A stretch of DNA of 64,000 nucleotides, from contig CAVTWJ010000023.1 in the NCBI GenBank assembly GCA_963738405.1, forward strand, positions 96,001-160,000. The letters run 5' to 3'. Every line of letters starts with the position of its first letter. Position 1 is the first letter of the stretch. The position numbers and the translations under genes were made by a program. Of this stretch, positions 58,202-64,000 are shown in pieces. Below the pieces are notes generated by a model, which saw only the letters and a program-made list of their open reading frames with translations, did not search any database and was not told the origin of the DNA. The stretch is from a candidate division FCPU426 bacterium. GTDB taxonomy: Bacteria; Oederibacteriota; Muellerivitia; Muellerivitales; Muellerivitaceae.

Positions 58202-58430
58202 TCAGCTGTTCAACGTCCTCCGCCGTCCTGATTCCCATTTGGGCGGCCTTGCCTCGACCGTAAGAGACCAATTCCTGCCAATCCGCCTCCTCTTTTTGAT
58301 AACGCCTGAGCGCGTCCCGGAGCAACTCGGAGCGAGTCATTCCCTTTACCTTTGCCAGCCGGTCCATTTCACTGTAAACCTTTGGCGGGAGGGATATGGT
58401 TGTTGTTTTGCTGGTTCTTCCCGTGGCCAT
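58182..58430 (-). CDS. Ribbon-helix-helix (CopG-like) antitoxin
   Basis: TTTISLP...DRLAK..G.TRSELLRDALRRY; overlaps the toxin start. Confidence 0.9.
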   Translation of the reverse strand: MATGRTSKTTTISLPPKVYSEMDRLAKVKGMTRSELLRDALRRYQKEEADWQELVSYGRGKAAQMGIRTAEDVEQLIDDARK

Positions 58431-58551
58431 ATTTTTATCCTGTATTACTAAGTGTTACAATAAGCTTAATCCCAGAATACTTCGAATTCAATCCCGCAAT
58501 TCATTGAGAAACGGCCAAAATGAAAATCTGGGCTATTATCGGGCTTTCACC

Positions 58552-58579
58552 TGTCCACGATGGGTCCCCGTCGTGGACA
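58552..58579. repeat. Family B site
   Basis: TGTCCACGATG GGTCCC CGTCGTGGACA. Confidence 0.95.
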
Positions 58580-58597
58580 ACCTTTTATTTTTTAAGT

Positions 58598-58990
58598 CTA
58601 TTCTTTTTCCAAATCCATTTCTAATTCTTTGAAAATAAGGTAAAGCTTATGGCTTTCCTCTTTCAGTTTTTCATTAATTTCAGTTCCGATTTGTCCATAT
58701 TTTCGCGGATCAAACCAACAATCTAAAAGAAGACTACCCATACCGCCTATCAGAGACTTCTTTAGAAAAGTTATTTGTTTCTTGGAAAGTGGGCCTTCTT
58801 GCACCTCGATTAAAGAAGCGATGGCATTAAGTTCTCCCCAGCGTACTAGGGCATAAGGGTCCGGAACTAAGTCATTAATTTTTCCAGGAACGTCTTTATC
58901 CAAATATAAAATTTCAAACTTATCACGTGTAAGAGGTTTAAAAACTTCAGCTGTGATCCTAAGTTGTTCAACAAATTTTTGTTTATTCAT
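58598..58990 (-). CDS. AT-rich hypothetical protein with GGMGS motif (DUF6966-like; cassette)
   Basis: 130 aa, GAGGTGG SD, LIGGMGSL motif; family call tentative. Confidence 0.7.
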   Translation of the reverse strand: MNKQKFVEQLRITAEVFKPLTRDKFEILYLDKDVPGKINDLVPDPYALVRWGELNAIASLIEVQEGPLSKKQITFLKKSLIGGMGSLLLDCWFDPRKYGQIGTEINEKLKEESHKLYLIFKELEMDLEKE

Positions 58991-59013
58991 AATTAAATAC
59001 CCACCTCAATATC

Positions 59014-59041
59014 TGTCCACGACGGGTCCCCGTCGTGGACA
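59014..59041. repeat. Family B site (perfect arms)
   Basis: TGTCCACGACG GGTCCC CGTCGTGGACA. Confidence 0.95.
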
Positions 59042-59042
59042 T

Positions 59043-59399
59043 CTAATTCCAATTAGATTTTTTTCGTTTCATGTCAAATAATAACCTTAAAAATAATTTA
59101 CCTATTTTTGATAAAACAAAAATTGCCACAATACTAACAAAAACACTAATTATTCTAATTGTCCATACAATGCTTTCTGGAATAACACCCGCAAAAGATT
59201 GGCGGTGAGTTATCACGAAAACTGTGAAAAACCCGTCGAATAAATAAAAAATGGCGAAAGCGCAGACCAAAAAAAAGATGAGCAAAGCATCAGACCATTT
59301 TTTACGAAATTTATTTACTGGATCATCGTCAAAAGTATCAGGCATCTTTAATCCTAAGTTTTGTTTCTCTCTCAATTTATCTTCATTTTCTTTGTCCAC
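59043..59399 (-). CDS. Small two-TM hypothetical protein (cassette)
   Basis: Stop 1 nt from site 59014; first GTG lies inside site 59393. Confidence 0.7.
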   Translation of the reverse strand: MDKENEDKLREKQNLGLKMPDTFDDDPVNKFRKKWSDALLIFFLVCAFAIFYLFDGFFTVFVITHRQSFAGVIPESIVWTIRIISVFVSIVAIFVLSKIGKLFLRLLFDMKRKKSNWN

Positions 59400-59420
59400 G
59401 AAGGGTCCCCGTCGCGGACA
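59393..59420. repeat. Family B site
   Basis: TGTCCACGAAG GGTCCC CGTCGCGGACA. Confidence 0.95.
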
Positions 59421-59423
59421 ACA

Positions 59424-59792
59424 TTAAATCCAATTTACTTTATTTGGGCCCTCAGGTTTAGGCGGATTCTTTTTCCGCAATTCATCCTGCTTTTTGACGA
59501 TTTTAATAACCCAATAAAACCAATTTATTAAAAATAGTGCTAACCAAAAAAGCCTCAAATTAGACACAGCATCTTGGGTATCCTGTTTTAATATCGAATG
59601 AACACAAAAGCTGGAAAGCGGGAAAAAGATAAACATTATTCCTGTCAAGGTGAACAAACCGCCAAATGCCCAAACCGCGCCTTCGTATTTCGATAAATTA
59701 GAAAATGCAAATTTAAAATATATCGTTGCTAATCCCGAAAGAAGAACCCCGCCTGATAATCCCCAAAATATAAATTCACCCATTCTTTTCAT
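59424..59792 (-). CDS. Small three-TM hypothetical protein (cassette)
   Basis: Stop 3 nt from site 59393; start 20 nt from site 59813. Confidence 0.7.
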   Translation of the reverse strand: MKRMGEFIFWGLSGGVLLSGLATIYFKFAFSNLSKYEGAVWAFGGLFTLTGIMFIFFPLSSFCVHSILKQDTQDAVSNLRLFWLALFLINWFYWVIKIVKKQDELRKKNPPKPEGPNKVNWI

Positions 59793-59812
59793 CCTTCAAA
59801 CCCATAATTTGT

Positions 59813-59840
59813 TGTCCACGAAGGGTCCCTGTCGTGAACA
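59813..59840. repeat. Family B site
   Basis: TGTCCACGAAG GGTCCC TGTCGTGAACA. Confidence 0.92.
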
Positions 59841-59866
59841 ACATTTCCCGACCAACTCTTTAACTT

Positions 59867-60265
59867 TTATGGCAAACAATGAAATCCATGTTCTCCAAAA
59901 TGCTTGTCAAAGGTGTGAACGTTCTTGACCCCGTTTCGCCGCATAACTTCAAAGCTGACGCAATCCACGAGGCTCAAATTCCTTCGTTTGGCGGTCAGAA
60001 CGGCGGCAAGTCCCGCCTCATGGTAGTTCTCATCGACCCATTCCAATGATAGAAGCGGTACCACATCCCTTTGAAAATCGGCCACGGCTTCCAAACCCAA
60101 ACGGTTTTGGATTAGGGAGAACGTCTCTAAAAGGGTGTAATTAGTGGTCACCAAGGCGGCATCCGACTCCAGCAGGGATTTCCAAGCTTGATCGGCTTTT
60201 TCGTGGAAGCGGTCTTCTTTTGTCAAAAGTGCGATAAAAAAGGAAGTATCAATGAAAGAGGTCAC
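59867..60265 (-). CDS. VapC-type PIN toxin
   Basis: FIDTSFFIAL, LLET, LSLVDCVSFEVM, TFDKHF. Confidence 0.92.
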   Translation of the reverse strand: MTSFIDTSFFIALLTKEDRFHEKADQAWKSLLESDAALVTTNYTLLETFSLIQNRLGLEAVADFQRDVVPLLSLEWVDENYHEAGLAAVLTAKRRNLSLVDCVSFEVMRRNGVKNVHTFDKHFGEHGFHCLP

Positions 60266-60507
60266 TTGGCGTAGTCATCCGCCAGGTACTTGTCGTGATG
60301 GATGGAAAGATCGGTGTGCTTGGAATGAAATTTCCCGGAAATGGCGATGGCGCGTTTCCGCCGCTCCTCAGGGCTGATGATTCCATTCTTTAAAAATAAT
60401 TCAACCCCCTGCCGGATGGCCTCCGCCATGGATATATGACGTTCCTTGGCGATTTTTTTCAATGAAGTGGTTTGCTTTTGGGTTAATTGAATTTGGGTGC
60501 GAACCAC
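60262..60507 (-). CDS. CopG/RHH antitoxin
   Basis: MVRTQIQLT, SMAEAIRQGV, DLSIHHDKYL; overlaps the toxin start. GATAACAC direct repeat upstream. Confidence 0.9.
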   Translation of the reverse strand: MVRTQIQLTQKQTTSLKKIAKERHISMAEAIRQGVELFLKNGIISPEERRKRAIAISGKFHSKHTDLSIHHDKYLADDYAK

Positions 60508-60549
60508 GGACCCCTCCCGAGTGATAACACTTACAGCATTACGATAACA

Positions 60550-60786
60550 CTAAAGACTAATCTTGAAGCGAGAAAATCGGGGCCACATTCTCATGCAGGC
60601 TTGGAAGGCGTTTTGGAACAGGGTGGAGAAAGAAGTTTCCGCGCCAACGGACGAGGAAGGCGCGACCGGTGTCTCGGGCGCAGCATTCGGGAGCACCACG
60701 CTTTCGACGGAGGCCGGTACGCTTTTGCGGCGCGGGGCCCTGCGGGGGGAAGCAGTTTTCCTGGTTCTTTTGACCGGCTTCGGCAT
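60550..60786 (-). pseudogene. Truncated divergent copy of the 5' end of gene 55781..56845
   Basis: MPKPVKRT...SVESVVLPNAAPE...SVGAETSFSTLFQNAFQACMRMWP aligns with the N-terminus of that gene, then breaks off. Confidence 0.85.
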
Positions 60787-60841
60787 GTGTATCTCCGTTG
60801 TTAATCTTTCTTTTTATGGACAACCATTACTTAAATTTCAT

Positions 60842-60869
60842 TGTCCACGATGGATCCCAATCATGGACA
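60842..60869. repeat. Family B site (degenerate)
   Basis: TGTCCACGATG GATCCC AATCATGGACA; an extra half-site ATGGACAAC lies at 60816-60824. Confidence 0.85.
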
Positions 60870-60879
60870 AGGCTATCTT

Positions 60880-61290
60880 TCAAATCCAGGGATTGAAAAG
60901 CTTCAACCTTGAAAATGAAAAGTCATGGGTATTGCGGGTGACCAGGGTGAGATTGTGGGTAATTGCTGTTGCCGCGATAAACGCGTCCACCGTCGGCAAT
61001 GGGCGATTGGCCTGTGCTTCCAAAAGTCCCCAAGCTTCGGCTACCTTGATATCCACTGGCAATATTCTTTCTTCAAATTGAATTGGGACGTCTTTCTCAA
61101 GGAATTGAATAAGCTTGGTTTTCCGGGAACCATGTTCCATTTTCTCAATTCCTTTTCGGATTTCCCCCACGGTCAAAACGCTCAAATAAAGCGATCCTTG
61201 GTCCGCATCCTTCAGCCAACTTGACACCTTGGGTTCCGGATGTTTCTTGAAGAGTTCGGAAAGGACGTTGGTGTCCAAAAGGTATTTCAA
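60880..61290 (-). CDS. VapC-type PIN toxin
   Basis: YLLDTNVLSE, LSVLTVGEIRKGIE, DAFIAATA..HNLTLVTRN..DF, LFNPW. Confidence 0.95.
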   Translation of the reverse strand: MKYLLDTNVLSELFKKHPEPKVSSWLKDADQGSLYLSVLTVGEIRKGIEKMEHGSRKTKLIQFLEKDVPIQFEERILPVDIKVAEAWGLLEAQANRPLPTVDAFIAATAITHNLTLVTRNTHDFSFSRLKLFNPWI

Positions 61291-61535
61291 AACTTCACCT
61301 TTCGCGAGACGGATTTATTCCTTTGAAAATTCAAATCCAATCCGCGAAAAGGAGAATGCCTAAAAAACTCAACTAGGTTGGGTTTGGTTTTTCTCAGGCG
61401 CTCGTAGTCCTTTTTGGAAATCACAACGGCCTCTTCACGACCGTGTAATGTGATGGACTGCGGACCATTGTTTTTCACTGTTCGAATCAGTTCGCTGAAC
61501 CTGGCCTTGGCGGTTTGCAGTTGCCACGAAGTCAT
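61287..61535 (-). CDS. Phd/YefM family antitoxin
   Basis: WQLQTAKARFSELI...GPQSIT.HGREEAVVIS...Y. Confidence 0.93.
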   Translation of the reverse strand: MTSWQLQTAKARFSELIRTVKNNGPQSITLHGREEAVVISKKDYERLRKTKPNLVEFFRHSPFRGLDLNFQRNKSVSRKVKF

Positions 61536-61575
61536 CGGTTGCCCCCGTTGAAATATTTATGACTATTCTGACTAG

Positions 61576-61604
61576 ATTCTATATAGGACGAAACGCTTTG
61601 TCAA
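61576..61604 (-). promoter_or_regulatory. sigma70 promoter of the phd-vapC cassette
   Basis: Minus strand TTGACA-17 nt-TAGAAT, followed by a TAGTCA direct repeat (candidate antitoxin operator). Confidence 0.75.
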
Positions 61605-61612
61605 TTTTCCAT

Positions 61613-61641
61613 TGTCCGCGCCGGGGACCCCCTCGCGGACA
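61613..61641. repeat. Family B site with inverted core (29 bp)
   Basis: TGTCCGCGCCG GGGACC CCCTCGCGGACA; the core is the reverse complement of GGTCCC. Confidence 0.8.
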
Positions 61642-61667
61642 ACAGATCCCGACCCACTCTTTAACTT

Positions 61668-61864
61668 TTATGGCAAACAATGAAATCCATGTTCTCCAAA
61701 ATGCTTGTCAAAGGTGTGGACGTTCTTGACCCCGTTTCGCCTCATCACCTCAAAGTTGACGCAATTCACGAGGCTTAAATTCCTTCGTTTGGCGGTCAGA
61801 ACGGCGGCAAGTCCCGCCTCATGGTAGTTCTCATCGACCCATTCCAATGATAGAAGCGGCACCA
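61668..61864 (-). pseudogene. 3' fragment duplicate of the PIN toxin 59867..60265
   Basis: PLLSLEWVDENYHEAG...HGFHCLP is nearly identical; conserved Asp in LVDCVS reads LVNCVN; the 5' half is missing. Confidence 0.9.
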
Positions 61865-61890
61865 GTGGTTAATTGGTTTTGATATAGATT

Positions 61891-62391
61891 TTAGCGGTAA
61901 TTATTGAACTGGAGGGGAACCTTGATCTCCTGGGCGCTCCGAAGCAACTGCATCACCCCTTGAAGATCGTCCTTGTCCTTACCTGAAACCCTTACCTTCT
62001 CATCCACGATGGATACCTGCACCTTGAGCTTAGAATCCTTGACCCGCTTCACGATATCCTTGCAGGCCTCCATGGGCATTCCGCTGACGATCTTGACCTT
62101 CTGGTTAACCGTGCCGCTGAAGGCCGATTCGGCCTTTTGGTAATCCATGGCCTTGGGGGAGATGTTGCGCTTGATGAGTTTGCCGTTTAATACGTCCACC
62201 ACCGCTTTGAGGCGGGAATCATTATCAGAAACGATTTCCAATTCTTTGGTGGCCTTGTTGAGGGTGATCTTGCTGATGCTTCCCTTGAAATCGTAGCGCT
62301 GGGTAATTTCTTTCATCGCTTGGTTGACGGCGTTGTCCACTTCCTGCAGGTCCACCTCGGAAACCACGTCAAAGGAGTATTGATCAGCCAT
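61891..62391 (-). CDS. yajQ: YajQ family nucleotide-binding protein
   Basis: SFDVVSEVDLQEVDNAVNQA.KEI..RYDFKG, VRVSGK..DDLQ, PLQFNNYR. Confidence 0.96.
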   Translation of the reverse strand: MADQYSFDVVSEVDLQEVDNAVNQAMKEITQRYDFKGSISKITLNKATKELEIVSDNDSRLKAVVDVLNGKLIKRNISPKAMDYQKAESAFSGTVNQKVKIVSGMPMEACKDIVKRVKDSKLKVQVSIVDEKVRVSGKDKDDLQGVMQLLRSAQEIKVPLQFNNYR

Positions 62392-62425
62392 AGGTCACCT
62401 CCCAAATTATTAAAAAAGCAAATTA

Positions 62426-62518
62426 ACCACCAAGGCACAAAGACACCAAGTTAAACCTGGGATTTTAAACCCTAATCATTAATCTTTGTCTTTCTTGGTG
62501 ACTTGGTGTCTTGGTGGT
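62426..62518. repeat. Family A inverted-repeat element
   Basis: ACCACCAAGGCACAAAGACACCAAG ... CTTGGTGACTTGGTGTCTTGGTGGT. Confidence 0.9.
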
Positions 62519-62551
62519 GAAAAAGGTTTTTATCCTTGCGCCCCCGGTTTT

Positions 62552-63487
62552 TCAGTCACCGTCGCTGACATCCTTATCCGCTGAGGTTTGGGCTCCCTGG
62601 GGAAGGGTGATCTCCACAACCTGTCCGGTAACGCCCAAAACGCCCAGGGGCTTGCCGTTGAGCTGGATATCCACGCCCCCGGCATTTCCGATGCGAAGCT
62701 TGAAATATTTTGTGGCCTGGAAAACCCTGGTATCTCCCTGGGCCATATCCAAGGCTTGGCTGGTTGTGCTGTCATCCAAGGTGACCAAGACCCAAGCCTT
62801 GTCCAAAGCCTTGATGGTTAGGTGTTGGTAAGGATCTTTCGTTTTGGAAGCATCGTTCGGGGATTCCGCCTCGGCTAGCTCAGAGGCCGCCGACTGGACC
62901 AGCGGGGACGCGTTGGGGGTATCGGAAGTCGACGCGCTTTTGAAAACAGGCCAATGAAACTTGGCGAAGAGAGATTGTCCCTTTTCCCATCCCAGCCAGC
63001 AGACTCCAAAAAAACAAAGAACCAAAACGACCTGGCCCACAAAGGAATAAAAGGATCTCCACTTAACCCTCCGTCGCCCGGTTCCGGACCGGGATGGCAT
63101 GGGCTCGTGCAGTTCGGGTAAATCCTCCCCAAGTTCCACATCGGCATTTGCTTGAACCGCGTCCAACCGCTGAATGACCGCGGGCCGGGGGCCCAAAAAG
63201 GGGTTCCGTTTTTCCATCTCGGCTTCGGCGTTCATGGGCTCGATCTTGACCTGCACCTCGGGCACTTGGGCCTTGAATTCCTGGGTCATCTTCTTTTCGT
63301 CCAGCCCCACCACTTTGCAATAGGCCCTAATAAAACCTTTGGCGTAGGTTTGGGAAGGAAAAACCTCGTAATGGTCTTCTTCCAAAGATTCCAGGTACTT
63401 CACGGGAATGCGGGTTTTTTGGGAAATGGTTTCCAGCGAAATCTTTTTGGATTCCCTGGCCGACTTCAGGTCTGATCCGACGCTCAT
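62552..63487 (-). CDS. rodZ: RodZ-like protein (HTH, TM, DUF4115)
   Basis: G..LK.ARE.K.ISL, YAKGFIRAY, TM segment, LRIGNAGGV.I.LNGK. Confidence 0.88.
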   Translation of the reverse strand: MSVGSDLKSARESKKISLETISQKTRIPVKYLESLEEDHYEVFPSQTYAKGFIRAYCKVVGLDEKKMTQEFKAQVPEVQVKIEPMNAEAEMEKRNPFLGPRPAVIQRLDAVQANADVELGEDLPELHEPMPSRSGTGRRRVKWRSFYSFVGQVVLVLCFFGVCWLGWEKGQSLFAKFHWPVFKSASTSDTPNASPLVQSAASELAEAESPNDASKTKDPYQHLTIKALDKAWVLVTLDDSTTSQALDMAQGDTRVFQATKYFKLRIGNAGGVDIQLNGKPLGVLGVTGQVVEITLPQGAQTSADKDVSDGD

Positions 63488-64000
63488 TGGAAAATGTCTC
63501 CTTCTACAACCTGCGCGGTTTTGGGGGGTGTGAATTCAAAAATTTCATCCTTGAGGCCTTTATTCAGGGTGAGCTGGGAAAACCTTGCCTTGTTGATCAT
63601 GGCGGGGGTTGTGATTTCAACCTGGGAGGGCCACCAGTCTTTTTTTCGAATCGTAACCTTCATATGGTCAAAGCCGGACTGGTCTTTATCGAGAGGTGTG
63701 AAATCCAGCACCACTTCGTCACCGTTTTCCGAGGCGATCTTGACCTTGCTGATTGTGATGTATTGTTTGAGCTGTTGGCCGACTCCCAGATAAACGGGCT
63801 TGGCATCCTTGCCCTTGACCCCCTTTTGGACATAGACCATCTTTTCAGAGGGCTGGTACATCTGGGAACCTTTGGCCCCAACGTAAAGAAATTGTTCTTC
63901 CGGCTTGGTGTAGTGGACAAAAATCTTGTCCGGGGACTTGGTAAAGACCTTGCCTTCGTAATTCTGGGTTTGGCCCGAGAGGGAGTCTTTCATTTCCATC
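63484..64000 (-). CDS. lolA: LolA-like outer-membrane lipoprotein carrier (5' end outside the window)
   Basis: G.V....P.K....Y..PEEQ, F.FTPP..A.V; located upstream of rodZ. Confidence 0.75.
   Translation of the reverse strand, partial: MEMKDSLSGQTQNYEGKVFTKSPDKIFVHYTKPEEQFLYVGAKGSQMYQPSEKMVYVQKGVKGKDAKPVYLGVGQQLKQYITISKVKIASENGDEVVLDFTPLDKDQSGFDHMKVTIRKKDWWPSQVEITTPAMINKARFSQLTLNKGLKDEIFEFTPPKTAQVVEGDIFQ

Larger units (their letters stand above)
56882..61641 (-). mobile_element. Gene-cassette array delimited by family B palindromic sites
   Basis: Eight sites separate seven intervals, each holding one gene or one TA pair (one interval also carries a gene fragment); all genes co-oriented. Confidence 0.75.

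Noticed and set aside
59014..59041. Canonical dif/pdif site
   Set aside because: Same 11-6-11 geometry, but no resemblance to the XerD arm TTATGTTAAAT, and the arms are symmetric.
57718..59840. Family B sites as simple intrinsic terminators
   Set aside because: No consistent U-tract, a loop of only 2 nt if fully paired, and primary sequence conserved across unrelated genes; a side role in termination is not excluded.
56882..61641. CRISPR array (28-bp palindromic repeats)
   Set aside because: The intervals are hundreds of bp long and contain whole genes rather than 30-40-nt spacers; no cas genes are in the window.
56882..61641. Classical integron or CALIN with attC sites
   Set aside because: The sites are only 28 bp and lack the RYYYAAC...GTTRRRY order (where present, GTT/AAC are in the opposite order) and extrahelical-base structure; no intI gene is present.

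Overview
Chromosomal window from a moderately GC-rich diderm bacterium (lolA-like, SPOR/TPR and PBP1A genes); taxonomy cannot be fixed from the sequence alone. Most genes are minus-strand housekeeping genes: mutS, miaB, scpAB, trpS, a tRNA nucleotidyltransferase, yraN, rnhB, rplS-trmD-rimM-khpA-rpsP, tRNA-Thr(CGT), ruvA/ruvC/yebC, tyrS, PBP1A, ppdK, glyQS, a complete Rrf2-sufBCDSUT operon, gntK, recO, yajQ, rodZ and lolA. The main finding is an integron-like gene-cassette array at 56.9-61.6 kb. There, AT-rich single genes and PIN-type toxin-antitoxin pairs are each bounded by a 28-bp palindrome (consensus TGTCCACGAYG-GGTCCC-CGTCGYGGACA, 11-6-11 layout) that is not attC, canonical dif or a CRISPR repeat. 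Two more copies of the site bracket a separate cassette at 8.0-8.9 kb. The array contains two partial gene duplicates that look like recombination scars, and no recombinase is encoded in the window. Other notable items: a second family of intergenic inverted-repeat elements with 9-nt periodic arms, some nested; an accessory island (46.7-54.0 kb) with DUF5131/TcmP and a ParB-like-HTH-TM-PH-like-PDZ-like protein whose gene carries two perfect 23-bp palindromes; and a HicB-like domain fused to a beta-propeller at the left edge. All family assignments come from motif recognition by eye, not database searches.
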